A stretch of 64,000 bases of DNA. Source: the human T2T-CHM13v2.0 reference genome, Homo sapiens. A program made the translations under genes and the position numbers. The notes beneath the pieces are model-generated. The model ran no database searches and had not been told where the DNA came from. It was given only the letters and a program-made list of their open reading frames with translations. Shown piece after piece: positions 40,417-54,274 of this stretch; position 1 is the first letter of the stretch; the number at the start of each line of letters is the position of its first letter. The stretch lies in NCBI RefSeq assembly GCF_009914755.1, contig NC_060939.1, one strand, 5' to 3'.

Positions 40417-43400
40417 TCTCAGTCTTAGTGTTTTCAAAATGAAACAGGTGTAGAAGTTCTTCACTGAGAAGGATTGAGCATTTAGTCATATGCACAGCTC
40501 TCATCCCTTGTATACAGTAGGCGCTCAGTGAATATTAGTGCCCTCCCTTGGTGAGGGCTGCCAAGCCATGGAAGAGCAAGTTGGAGTTTAGGAGCAGGAG
40601 CCCAAACCAGGAATCAGAGCCTTGCCCTGGGCTTTGGGGCCTGGGTCTGCACAGGGCATGTGGTTGGCGCCCCATGCCCCTCTGCCACACCACAGTCCAT
40701 GCAGCCTGGCCAGTCCCCACCACCTCCAGGAAGCCTGGCCCAGCTGACTCACCACCCTTTCTCTCCACCTCTGCCTCCTTGCTGGGCAGGTCGGGGGCTC
40801 CACCCAAGGGGTAAAACCCACATAATGAGCATTGGCACCGCTGCACTTGACGGGCTTTTAGGAGGATTAGTCAGGTTGGGTTTGCAAAGTGCTCACACCC
40901 TGGGAAGAAAGGCGCCAGGCAGCAGAGAGCAGCTGCCACAGAAAGCACTGAGACTTTGGAGCCAGGGGTTCAGGGAGGCAAGGGATGGCCCTGGGCTAAA
41001 CATTCATGATCTCAGGGACTCTTTCCAGTTCACCAGCAGAGTAGGCATTTGCTATCCCCATTTTATGGATGAAGAAGCTGAAGCTCAGAGTGGCTAAGGG
41101 ATCTACCTAAGGCCACACAGCATGTGCCCTGCAGAGCCGGGTTGGCCCTGGGTCTGTTTTGTTCTGAAGCCTGTGTTTGTGCCCATTCTTTCCTGCCCCT
41201 CCACGGACTGCACAGCACAGTCCCTTGTGGGTTCTTCCTGTGTGTCTCTAGGACTCCTCAGGGCTGAATCAAAGCAAACTCCCGGGGGCAGGGGCTTATT
41301 CTTAGATGGAAGGTGGGCAGCCCTGTGTGAGGCCAACAGTGTGGCCCATTCCCAGCCATAAACATCTGTGTCTGCCTCCCTTGCCACCCCTTCGCTCCCA
41401 GATCCCCCAGTCTCTCTGTAGGAGGAACCAGGGTGGGCAGTGAGACTTCCTACTGAGTGTGTGGTGACTCCATGGCTCCCTGGAGTAGGGGTGGAGGCTG
41501 GGAAGTCCCACAGGCCTCTGATCCAACCATAGTCTTCTGTCCAGTCCAGCCTAATGGTACTTGGCATATGCCAAACTCCATGCCAAGCACCAGGGAGACA
41601 GTAAAATGTGGCTTCTGCCCTCCAAGGCCCTTGGTCCCCCTCTGTGGGTGAAGACAGAACCGCAGCCCAAGTGTTCAGTTCTGGAAGAAGAGGATCCACC
41701 AGCCTGCATGACACAAGACAACAGGCAGGCCCGGCCTCAGCACCATTAGAGAAGTCCAGGCCAGCCTGGCTCTCAGACTCACGCCTTAAAGCTCACTCCA
41801 AGGCCCTGTGTGGGTCCAGGTCTGGAGCAGAGGGAGTAGGGACAGGGAGAGCAAGTGCAGACTGAAAAGACCCCTCATGGCCACCTAGGGACCTCGGCTC
41901 TGTGTCAGGCACATCCCGGGAGCAAGTAATCTAATTCATTGAACCCACAGGCAGGGCAGGAGTCCAAAGGGTAAACCATGAAGTCCAATCTAGGACTGGT
42001 CACAGGGCCAGGGGTCCCTCAACTGGTCACAGACTTGGTGGAAGTCAAAGTTGTTGGTAAGAGAGAGGCACTAAAAAGTGCCAGGGAACCAGTCACCAAG
42101 ATGGAGGCGGATGGAGAAACCGAGTTCTATTTTGGACATGTTGAGTCAGAGGTAGCTGGAGGCCAGCCAGGAGTTGTCCGGGGACGGTCGGCCAGACCAG
42201 TCCGAAGCTCAGGAGGGATGTCTGGGCTGAAGGACTCAACTATGTAGGCAACACAGAGAAAGGAGAACGATCTAATACCTTGATAGACTGAGCCAGGACT
42301 CAGGATGTCTCCAGCAGGCTGACCCTCTGGGCTGAGCCCAGCAAGCTGATGTTTGCCCAGGGTGATGAGCCCTCCTTGGGGGTTACAATGAGTACAGGGT
42401 GGGGAAGGCCTGGTCTGGCCTCAGCTCCTGCAGAGAAGACCTGGGCGTCCGTGCTGGCCACAAGCTCCACATGAGTTGGCAGAGGAGGGCAGTTTCTGAA
42501 CACGCTCGGAGGATGTGAGGGTGCATTAGGGCAGTGTGATCACATCGGATCTCGGGGCACTTGGCACAGTCTATTCAATAATCACGGCCTTTTAGCACAG
42601 GGGCAGGGAGATCAGTGTGTGAAGTGCGGACCCCTAGGTCTGGAGCTTTGAGAGTAAACACTAGTCCCTCCCTCCCTCCCTCCCATTCTGGTCACAGCTG
42701 GAGCCCATAGTGAAACGTTCAGGGTGGAAAGGCTGGGAAACCAGGGAGGGGTAGAGAATGCACAGGGGCTTTCCAAGGAAAGGAGACTTCCCAGGAGGGA
42801 TGTGAGGGGCTTTTTAGGTGGTGGAAGGGCTGTCATGTAGACCGTGAGTAGAAATGGGCTTGTCCTTGGTACCTGTGTGGAGGGCAGGACCAGGACCTGT
42901 AAGCCTCACACATAGTAGGCCTTCCTGATTAAATGCTAATGGGCCGTTTGACCAGGAGTTGACGTCCCTGGAAGGCCCCGACTGTGCTCCCCGCAGACAG
43001 GGACTCCTGGGCTCAATACATGGCAGAGGGTGGGCTCACTGTGACTCCACTGAGCACAGATGAATGAGAAGCTGCCCAGGAGCTGATGACCAGAGCTGCT
43101 CCACTTCCTTAGAGGTGTGCAGGCTGTGGTGGAGACAGCCCTCTCAGGCCGGTATCCAGGGGACTCCTGCACTGGGGACTGGCCAAGATGCCTCCAGTCC
43201 CTTCGCACTCTGCTGTGACTCTGTCACCTCTTGGAACTTCAGAACCATCTGCCTGGCCCCATCACAATCTGAAAGAGCCTCGCCAGCGCCATCGGGGTAC
43301 AGATGAAGAAACTGAGGCCCAGAGAGGGGATGGGACCTGCTTGAGCCCCCATGGCAGGCCAGTGGCAGCACAAGGACAACTCAGCATCTGGGATTTTCTC

Positions 43401-44305
43401 ATTTACCCTGGCCTCCTCCTGCAAGTGGCTCTTGGGTTAAGGTTTCGCTGCTCTGTGGATACTTTAGCTGAGCTCATTGTCCTACTCACATCACATGGCC
43501 CTCTGGAGTCCCTGCGGGTGTGGTCTCAGGATAAAACCAAGATTGACCAGATCCCCCAACCTGGCCCACAGGGCCTGGGGGTCCTGAGCCTCCAGCTTGC
43601 AGGGATCAGTTACCCCTGGCTTCCCAGGGCAGCAGCCAGGCTAGACAGCATTGGCAGTACACACAGCGTATGGATGCCCAGCTGCAAGAAGAGTGTAGCT
43701 GGCTGATGAGGAGCAGGGCCTGGAGCCAGCCCGGGGCCCTCCCTCAACCCCAGCGTTAGTGCAAAACACACCTCTGACTGCAGGCATTTAAAGATCAAAA
43801 GAGGCCAGAAAAGCTTTTAAGAGCCAGGCCCTTCTGTGCTGCCTCCAGCCTCCCAGGGTCAGGGCAGACTGGCTTCTGCAGCTCACAGGTGTGCCTGGGA
43901 GGGGCCCTCAGAACACAGTGGGTCTGCTGACCCCATTCTTCAGAGAAGCTCCTGGGGGTGCAGACTCGGACTCTAGGGGCAGCCCTGGAGCACTTCCAGA
44001 CTTCCACGGGGGAGGGAGGACAGCCCTCAGCCCTCCCATGCTGAGGGCTTTCTGGTGTCTGACCCCACCCTGGGCATTGCAGTCTCTGGTCTTCCTGCCA
44101 CAGCCTCTCCCAATCACACCTGACCAAGTTCAGACCATCCTGTGGCCCCTCACTGCCTCGCTGCCCTTGGAACAAGGCCCAGCTCTTAGGATGGCTTTTG
44201 GGGTCTTCCAGCACCTGGCTTTCCTCCCACTCTCAGGCCACTCTGAAAATCTCAACTCTCCTCCCATTCCCTCCCTGCTCCTCTCAGGAGGTGAACCAAG
44301 ATTCC

Positions 44306-44460
44306 TTATTATTTATTTGGAGACAGGGTCTCACTCTGTCACCCAGGCTGGAGTGCAGTGGTGTGATCACAGCTCACGGCAGCCTCAACCAATCCTCCCA
44401 CCTCAGCCTCCCTAGTAGTTGGGACCACAGGTGTGCATCATCACGCCCAGCTAATTTTTA
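44306..44460 (-). mobile_element. AluJ right-arm fragment, antisense
   Basis: ggagacagggtctcactctgtcacccaggctgg...cccagctaattttt. Confidence 0.85.
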
Positions 44461-45111
44461 AAAGACCCTGTTCCCACCCCCCTTGACATGAGCTTTTCAC
44501 CTCCCTTTCTGTTATTTGCTCAGTAATTATGTACTGAGTACCTACTGTGTGCAGGAACAGTGCAGGTGGTGGAGATCCCCAGCACCCCACCTCCCCAGGT
44601 CTGTTCCTATACTGCATGGAAGGCTGGAGCCCACAGGTGGATCGAGCCACGGGGGGCTATCTGGATGGCACCTCAGCCCTGTGGCTGGCTGTGTCCTGCA
44701 AATGGGATTTCAGGGCTTCTTTACCAAGGGCAGTGTTTCCAGTGCCCTTGAGAAGTTTAGGCAATGAAGGCTCAGGCCATCCAGACAAGGAAAAGCCCTG
44801 ATAAATTATTTCCACACCCCTCATCTCAGAGATGGGGAAACTGGGGACAGAGGGGAAGGGGTCTGTCCAGGTCAGTACTAAGGCAGATGCTTCATCAGAA
44901 CCTGGGTCCCCCAGCACCCAGTGCAGTCCAGCCCCTGGGGCAGGTGAGACAGGTGGTCCCCATGGAGAACTAAGAGGCAGCTCCCGTCACACACACCAAG
45001 GGCTTCTGTGAGACAGCTGCCTTCTCTTGTGACCGTGGGGGTGGGGACAGGAGTATAAGGGGTAGAGAATGAACTTGATGCACTCACCCTTCTCTGTCCC
45101 CACCTCTGTAG

Positions 45112-45174
45112 AAGCCACGATGAAGGACGACATGAACAGCTACATCAGTCAGTATTACAATGGGCCCAGCAGTG
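45112..45174 (+). CDS. TMEM266: TMEM266 penultimate coding exon ((E)ATMKDDMNSYISQYYNGPSS)
   Basis: Acceptor cacctctgtag|, donor GTG|gtaagt; 63 nt, phase 1-1. Confidence 0.93.
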
Positions 45175-46169
45175 GTAAGTCTGGGTTGGGGCTGTTCTAC
45201 ATGTGCCACAACCCCAGCAATCCCTAAACCCAGAGACAACTCGGCCTGGCTTCAAAGCATGCCCATCACCTGGTGCCTGTGAACCATAACTGCAGGCAGT
45301 GCTCAAGGTTAAAATATCGGAGCTTCAGCTTCCAGCAAACTCCAGCACTGGAGCTGGGGGTCCCCAGGGGCTGAGCCTGCAGGTGCCAGGATAGGGGTGC
45401 TCTGTGATCACCCATAAGAACTGCATGTGGAACCCTGAAATTGGAAGGGGGTTGGAATCCAGAACTCCAAGTGACCTCAGTGCCCACCTGCACACATGTC
45501 AAGGTGGGCACAGTGGAGGCTGAGGTGCCATAGCACCCCTGGGTGTGAGAAGCAGCAGGCCTTGGGTACATTCCTGCTGGATGTTCTTGCACTTGAAAAA
45601 AACCTCAGGGAAGCCTAGTGGTTTTTACTTATGGGAAAAATTGAATTTTAAAATAACGCTGAGGCCTTGGGTGTCTCGTTTCTCCATAGCCCCCTTTCCA
45701 GTTCCGGGTTCCACATGCAGTTCTTGAGTTTGAATTTCGCAGCCCCCAAAACCTTGTATGCTCCATTGTAAGGCTAGAATATTATGTTGGGCCATGTGAG
45801 TAATGCATTTGAATTTTTTGTTTTCCACAATTTAGTCTCCCTAAGGCCTCATCCCTCTTCTCTCCTCCCTCAAAGCCTCATCCAATATGCTGGTTTCAAA
45901 GACCACCGTCTCCAGCCCAGACCTCTCTCCCAGTCCTCCACAACTTTGGGGAGAAACCTCCCCACCCTGCACCCTCTGTAGGTCAGCCCCGTGGTACATC
46001 TCACCTAGAGCAAAGAGCTCTGAGCATCCTCTGATCCTGTGATGCATGCTAAGCAGGCTCTGATCATCCCACCCCGCAGCCCCCACCCCTGCCAGTCCAT
46101 CTGAAACTGAGTCATTCCTCAGACCATGGAACCCAAGTTCCCTGCCCTGGCACACCAAGTTTCCTGAGT

Positions 46170-46500
46170 TAGGATGGGCTAGGTTAGGCAGCTGTGGCAA
46201 ATAACCCTGCATCTCGATGGTTTAAACAAACAAAGCCACAAAAGCCCACTGTAGGTTGGCTGGGGGCTCTGCTCCTGGGTCATCACTGTTACTCCAGCAC
46301 CCAGTTGACAGAACAGTCACCATCTATCCTAGAACATTTGCCAGGGTAAAGCACCAGCTCATAAAGCTTCTGCCCAGAAGTGCCACAGGTCACTTCTCAT
46401 GGGTAACTGGCCAAAGCGTGTCACACGCCTACACTTGAGTTTAACAAGATGAGGCATAATACCCCTCAAAGCAGGGCAGTGATGTTGGAGAACTGGGAGG
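46170..46500. mobile_element. MLT1-family LTR remnant
   Basis: ctaggttaggcagctgtggcaaataaccctgcatctc...ggccaaagcgtgtcacacgcc. Confidence 0.55.
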
Positions 46501-46650
46501 GAGTTCTACCAAGGCCTCCTTCCACAAAGGCACGGTCTCCTACAGCCTAGCCACACTCATTGCCCACCGCCCGGCTCAGACCTGCTCTCTTCAGGGCCCC
46601 CAGGTGTGGCAGAGGTTGAAGTGTGACCAAGATCCCCTCCTACCTTGCAG

Positions 46651-47225
46651 ACAGCGGTGTCCCAGAGCCAGCTGTGTGTATGGTCACCACGGCCGCAATA
46701 GACATTCACCAGCCCAACATCTCCTCGGACCTCTTCTCTCTGGACATGCCCCTCAAACTCGGCGGTAATGGCACCAGCGCCACCTCGGAGAGTGCCTCCC
46801 GCAGCTCAGTCACCCGGGCCCAGAGTGACAGCAGCCAGACGCTGGGCTCCTCCATGGACTGCAGCACTGCCCGCGAGGAGCCGTCCTCTGAGCCCGGCCC
46901 TTCTCCCCCGCCGCTGCCATCCCAGCAGCAGGTGGAGGAGGCCACAGTCCAGGACCTGCTGTCCTCCCTGTCGGAGGACCCCTGCCCTTCCCAGAAGGCC
47001 TTGGACCCAGCCCCCCTCGCCCGGCCCAGCCCAGCGGGCTCGGCCCAAACCAGCCCCGAGCTGGAACACAGGGTAAGTCTGTTCAACCAGAAGAACCAGG
47101 AGGGCTTCACTGTCTTTCAGATCAGGCCTGTCATCCACTTCCAGCCCACTGTGCCCATGCTGGAGGACAAGTTCAGATCTTTGGAATCCAAAGAGCAAAA
47201 GCTGCACAGGGTCCCTGAGGCCTAG
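46651..47225 (+). CDS. TMEM266: TMEM266 terminal coding exon ((D)SGVPEPAVC...KLHRVPEA*)
   Basis: Acceptor taccttgcag|; same frame as ORF 46623..47225; TAG at 47223-47225; Ser/Pro-rich low-complexity tail. Confidence 0.96.
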
Positions 47226-47878
47226 AGCCTGCCATGGGCTGGGTGAGATGAGGGGAGACAGCCATCTCAAAGCTCTCCTGGGACCCTGGAGGCTGCCAAG
47301 GGCCACACGCGGGGCCCAGGAGCCCACCTGGCCTCCCTCAGGGTGCTGCCTGCCTCCAGGGAGGCGACGCCAGGCCAGGAGGCCACAAGCTTCAGACCTC
47401 AAAGCCCAGAGCTGGCGCCTCTTCTCGCCCTGCTCAGGGGAGGGTGGTGCTCGTGGCTGGGTTTTCTTTTTAACCATTTTTACAAAAACCAGCCTGTGGC
47501 CCAGCTTCAGCAGGGTAGAGTGTGGGGGGGCCAGCTCAGCCTCTTCCGTTGCCTTCGTTCCTGACGCCCACCCTGGACTCTAGGGAACAGCACTGTGAGC
47601 AGGGGCTGTCCAGCCCCACCCCTAAGCCGTCTTTCCCAGGAATCCTGGGTGGAGTCCAACACAATCACACGGAGACCACCATCTGAGCCTATGTCATTTG
47701 TCCTCATTCTCATTCCAGCATGAGCGTTTCTGAGTCTCTTCAAGACGAATCTAGTTTTCACCTTCACAGGATATAAAGGGATCAACCTAGAGGTGGGTGG
47801 GAGGGTCCTAGAGGGCAGGGGAACAACCATTTTCCAACCTTGGCTTTAATAATAAAAACCAGCTGCACTGAGACTCCC
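47226..47878 (+). other. TMEM266: TMEM266 3' UTR (end approximate)
   Basis: Lies between the stop codon and the AATAAA at 47851; a GT/T-rich element follows near 47880-47910. Confidence 0.8.
47851..47856 (+). terminator. Polyadenylation signal AATAAA of TMEM266
   Basis: First canonical hexamer after the stop, followed by a GU/U-rich tract (ttggtggaggttttcctttgattgatt). Confidence 0.85.
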
Positions 47879-48282
47879 AGTTGGTGGAGGTTTTCCTTTG
47901 ATTGATTGCTAGCCCAGGTGAGGTGTCCAGAGTGGTTCCCAGCCAGGGCACCACCATCCACCCAGTTTCAGATACACATGGCATCCCAGGCTCCCTCCTC
48001 GTCCCGTGAGCAGTCGTGAATCCTGGTCATTCCACCCTCCAAATTGCTTGTCCCTGGCTCCCATCACGGCCGTGCTGAGACCCAGGCCCCTTGCCGGACT
48101 GGACTGCAGCAGCCTCCTCTTTGCACAGCCTCTGGTTTCACCCTCCCCAGTGTATCTTCCCAGGCAGCTAAGCCTCAGCGCCCCTGCTTAAAAGCCTCCA
48201 AGGGATTTTGTGTGTATAACCATCATGTGTGTATGACCATCATGTTTTCTTTTATATGCGGAGGGGAGTAGAGAAGACATAA

Positions 48283-48581
48283 TTTTTTTTTTTTTTTTTT
48301 GAGACGCAGTCTTGCTCTGTTGCCCAGGCTGGAGTGCAGTGGTGCGATCTCGGTTCATTGCAAACTCCACCTCCCGGCTTCATTGCCATTCTCCTGCCTC
48401 AGCCTCCTGAGTAGCTGGGACTACAGGCACCTGCCACCACACCTGGCTAATTTTTTGTATTTGTAGTAGAGACGGGGTTTCACCGTGTTAGCCAGGATGG
48501 TCTCGATCTCCTGACCTCGTGATCCGCCCGCCTCAGCCTCCCAAAGTGCTGGGATTACAGGTGTGAGCCACCGCGCCCGGC
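48283..48581 (-). mobile_element. AluY, antisense, TSD agaagacataattttttt
   Basis: cgtgttagccaggatggtctcgatctcctgacctcgtgatcc diagnostics; clean TSD. Confidence 0.95.
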
Positions 48582-49871
48582 AAGAAGACATAATTTTTTT
48601 TAAGGGCTCCCATTGCCTCAAGAGAACATTGAGTGTGACTCAGCCCCTTCGTGAGCTGGCTTGCTTGCCCCTCTGGCTGTCCTCCCATGCCTCTGTCCAG
48701 CCTGTTCTTTCTCCCCTCTACCTTGGTCTGGGTTATGCTCACCGTGACAGTGTCCTGCCTGTCCTCACCACTAGGCTGGGTGTCCTTGGAGCTCCTGTGG
48801 CCCCCCTGGACTCACCTGACAGTGCACCATGTCCCTGGCTTGGTCAGCATCTGCTTCCCTGCCTGCCTCCCAGGCTGGTCCTCAAGAACAACGAGCAGGC
48901 CTGAGCCCCATTAGAATCCCACAGGCCTGGGCATGGAGCCACTTGGGAAAGATGGCTGAATTGGAAGAAAGGGAAGGAAATTACCACGTGCTGGCAAAGA
49001 GCACCCTCCTGATTCATGGGGTGATGAACAGTTGTTAAAAAAGTGCTAAAGGTGGCAACATCCAACTGAGTCACTCTTGCGGTGTAATTAGAAGACCTAC
49101 CAAGGGGAAGCTTTTGCAAAGGGCAAGAGTGGCTAACCTGAGGCGTCACCAGCAGCACTGCCATAGCATCCATCACTGGACACTGGGCCAAGGCCCCTAC
49201 TCACATGGGCTCCTTTAACCCTTCCAGCGACACTGTGAGGCAGGTATCACTAACCCCATTTTACAGTTGAAGAACCTGAGGCTCAGAGAGATTGAAGAAA
49301 CTTTCTGAGGTTGAACTCTAATGACAGGCCCTGAAACTGGGGCCCAAGTCTGCTGGCACCATGCCAGGCCCTGGGGTTCCCAGAGTTTAGAGCTTTGGGA
49401 AGCAAAGCAGTCACTTGGCTTTTGCCACTTGATGGGCTGGAGGGTATTACATGGTTTGTAATCTGTAGGGCAGAAGCCAGTGGGCTCCTTAACTGGTGAT
49501 CTCCACCCAGTGGACTAGAAATGGCCACCCTCCTCCTCCAGGCTCACCTTGCTGAGCTGTGACTGGCCTTCTGCAGAGCTCCATTGTACCAGCTCTTGGG
49601 CTAGTGCTGCTACCTCACAGGCACATGAACCTGGCCCCATGCCAGGGGGAGCTGCAAGGCCGACTGCCAAGGCTGACTGCCAGCACTCGCGTCCGCTGGG
49701 GACTCCTACTCCAGGGAAGAACCACAGGATGGGGAGGGATGCCATGGGAAGGATGCTAGGCAAGTGGCAGCTGTTCTCTTCAGTTTGTCCTCTAGGAAAT
49801 GGGTCTCTAGAGAGCTCCACTTTTTTTTTTCTTTTGTTGTTTGTTGTGTTTTGTTTTGTAGGCACTCCACC

Positions 49872-50470
<599 letters not shown>

Positions 50471-53400
50471 AGAACTCCACATTTAAAAGCGGATTTCTTG
50501 GGGTATTTACAAGTTGCTGTAAGGTGAGACCCTGCTGAGCACTTGTTGTTGCCTTCATGTTGTGTTGGAACTGCCTCACAGATAGAGGCTGGGGACAGAG
50601 ATAACAGGTGGTCCCCAAGTCCAGAGTCCACAACAGTCACAGCGTAAGACAGTACACACAGATGAAGGAAGCTACTTACTTGCCTGGGGACATCTGAAGG
50701 CCTCACAATGGAGGAAACATTTAAAGGCGATTTTAAAAGAGTAAGTATACCAAATCAACTCTTCTGTTTGTCGTGGAAGAGGAGAGCTGTTTTTAGGGGT
50801 AGTTTCAACGCTGAGCTACAAAACTGGCCCACTTCCAGAGAATGTGAGCAGGGAATTTTTGATTATCTCCCTGACATGAAGTCAGTTGTTAAACCACTTA
50901 AAGGGGAAAAAAAGGAAGGAATGTCAGGAGGAGGGTGGTGGGACAACAGTGCAAGCAGAGGAACAGCAGTGAGCTAGGCAGGGTTTGGGAACAGGGAGAA
51001 GTTTGGTGTCAGGAAGAGGATGGAATGGGTAGGAGGGGGAAGGGACCACATGAGAGCAACCTGGAAAAGGACAGGTGAGGCTGCTCACCAGAGGCCTTGG
51101 ATGCCAGGCCAAGCCAGATGTTCTCCCTAGAGATAAAGCGCTATGGAAGGGCTACCACAGAGTCTTCTGGTAGTTGCAGAGGAGCAGCCAGAGGGAGGGG
51201 CCCGTGCCCAGAGGAGAGGGAACAAGGCTGCACATGGGCAGGCAAGATGAAGGCAGCGGTGGTGGAGGAGACGCTGGGGACACCTGACTGATGGGACTTG
51301 GGGGAACTGATGAGGAGGAGATGCCACCATTTCCAGTCTGTGGTGTCTGAGCATGAGACATCAGGATGGCTGTGCCTGGCACCAAGAGCACAGAGAAGGA
51401 TGCCAGAGCCAGGAACATGGCAGTCCTTTCTGCAGACTCCAGAGCCCTTCCTCCAGCCCATCCCACAGCAAGTCCTAGGGTGGGGCCTGGGGGCCTGAAG
51501 TGCAGGAGATGGAGGTAAAAGCTTCGCCTTTCATGGCTCCCCTGGGCACCATATCCTACAGTTATGGCTGGCGGGCAGCTGGGGGCTGAGGGAGATGGAG
51601 CCTGAGCACTCCCTGGGAGGTTTGCAGCTCTGGGAAATGGCTCCCCGTTCTCCTGCACCCTTTTGGAGAACCCACTCTGGTGGCCCAGAGGAGTCATCGG
51701 GCTGTCCCTGAAGGGAGGGTCTGGTAACAGCCACTGTCTCCTGCTAGAACAAGAGGGTGGTAACAATAGTGACTCCCACGTCTGCATTTCCTGTTGTGAC
51801 AGGTGCTCTTCACAGGCTTCCCTCCTTAGCACAGCCCTGGAAAGTGGGCGCTATCTTCCCTGCTTTACAGAGGAGAAAACAGCAGCCATGGAATGACTCA
51901 TTCAGGGGCTTGCCCAAGGGCACACAGCTAACTAGTGAGCTGTAGTGGCAGGATTCAAACCCAGGTCTGGCTGGATTATATGCCATGCTAGATGTGAAAT
52001 GAGCTGTCCAGAATCAAACCAGGTGCCACCAGGAAAGCCAAAGTAAGAAATCAGGACTCAGAGCCAGCAGTGCTGGTGACTGGCCCACCAGGGAGCTGGG
52101 CCAGAGTCTGCAGCCCCAGCCTGAAGCCCACCCAGGATGAGGGAACCATAAGGCCTTCCCTGAGTGGCACAACAGGCCCCTCTCCAGCCAGCCCTGGGCA
52201 AGGTTCCCAACCAAAGTGTGGCTTTTCAGATCAAGTCCCACAGACAGGAGTGTTGGGATGGAACCTGTGTGGCTAGAGGCTAGTGGCTTGGAATTCTATT
52301 TAGCATGGTGGGTGTCCACCTGAAATTCAACTCAGGAGCTCCTTTCTCCTTCCAAGACAGCTCTTGACGGAAGCCAGAGTCAAAAGAGCATGGCTTCCGC
52401 CTTGGTGCTGCCGCCACGCTCCTCCCTGGTGCTATTCAGTTACCTCTAAAGAGAGAAGACAGAGTTGGGGTCCCACTCTTGGAGCTGCTGACAAATTATC
52501 TGGGCCCAAGGAATCCCTCTTACTAACAAGCTGACAGTACCCTGTGCCCCACTCAACACCTGTGTGGAGTTGCTTCACAAGGACCCCCAACAACTCTGGG
52601 GGCTGAAACAGCCAAACCATGGACATCTCAGGGCTGGAGAGAGGTCTGTTCATCCCACTCTCTCCCATGCCTCCTACCTCAGGTGCCACTGTACCTATGC
52701 ACGGGATGTGGCAGAGACTGGATTCTCAGCCCAGCCCTGTTTCTGGTTTGCTATGAGGCTCCAAGCAAATCCTTAGACCTGCTTCCTCCCCATGTACAAC
52801 AGGAATGATCTTGTGCCTCCCACCCTGAAGGCTGCTGGGATAGCTAATGATGTAACAGAAGGGAAAACCCTTTGAGAATGTTTCAGGGGAGACACAAACA
52901 GAAAGCATCCTTATTAATGAGAAGCCTGGGGTGTTTTACTGCCAGCACATGCTCAGCACTTTTGGGGTCAGCTGCCCAGGAGACGCTCTTGCTGCTGCTG
53001 ATAGTCTGGTGTGGGAGGGTGGCAGTGAGCCCCGCCCCTAGTCATAACAGCCAGTCCAGCCACTGCCTGCTCCTCTCCTGAGTGCATCCCTGCTCGCACA
53101 TACTCATTTGTTCCATGCCTGTATTCACTCTGAGTGAGGTAAGAGAGCACTGTTATCCCCCAGACAGGAGGCACCTTATCTTCCTTCCTCTCCCTTTGGT
53201 CAGTACTATTGGAGTACTACTGGAGTACTTGCCAAAAACTTGTATTTCCCTCACATTAACTAAGTGAGGAATTCATCACTATTCTGAATATCTTTGACTC
53301 CACTGCTGAAAAGTTTGGTATTATCTCCTGGTGAATAGTTAATTATCCAAGGAAAATGATGAAACATTTGCTGCTAAAATTTATTGCAAGCTACCAGGAG

Positions 53401-54148
53401 ACAGGGCTGGCATAATTTTATGCAGAGCCCCAGGCTGCAACATAGGGAAGCAGGCTGCCTCTTCATCCTGAAACAAGCAAATGAAATTGACTACCCTGGA
53501 GATCAATCAGGACATTAAACACTGTGATGGATGTGGCAGAATTCTTCAGTGTCTGAGATTTATGGGTCACCCTTCACCGAGCACTCTAGGAACCTCCCCA
53601 ACATCAATTAGGCCTCATAACTAGGTATGCTCACCTCCGCCTCCACTGATTAAAGAAGCGATAGGGGGTTCTGGGACCTGCACCGTGCTAAATACCACAA
53701 AAGGCCAATGAGCAGACTGGATCCAGATTGCAGTACAAAGACCCCTGCTTCCCTGAGCAAAGAGTGGTTCAGAATGGAGGAGTGTCCGGCTAGAAGGGGA
53801 CTCATGCATCAGAGTCTAGACCTTGCATTTTCCAGAGAAAGCAGCTCAGTGTGTCATGTTCCTGGGTAATCCTGTTCTTTGTCCATGCTGGCCTTCTGCC
53901 TGGAATGCACTTCTTCATCTGGTTGATTTTGCTGCCCCTTCTGAACTTGGTGAGGCCTTCATATCTTGCTGCCCTGCACTGCAGCCCACCCTAGTCAGGC
54001 TAGATTAGGTCCATCCTCTGCACTCCCATTGAGGCACTTGGGATATGGCATGTGGTTGGGAGCAGACTGGCCTGTGGTCACCATTTACTAGCCATGCGTC
54101 CTTGGGCAAGTGTTTTAAGCTCTGTAGGCTTTAGTTTTCTCATCTGAA

Positions 54149-54274
54149 GAAGAGTTGCTGATAATCCTTGGCTTATATAGCACTTTCATGTATGTCACCC
54201 CATCAGTGGGGGAAAGAGTAGGAAACATTCAAGAAATCAGAATCTCAGGAGAAGAGGCAGTTTGCCCCAGGTCA
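54149..54274 (+). repeat. Arm 1 of a 126-bp inverted repeat, interrupting a MIR (about 54045-54365)
   Basis: 118/126 identical to the reverse complement of 55146-55271 (manual, ungapped). Confidence 0.95.

Noticed and set aside
46706-47477. Antisense and alternate-frame ORFs over the last TMEM266 exon
   Set aside because: Shadow ORFs produced by GC-rich codon usage
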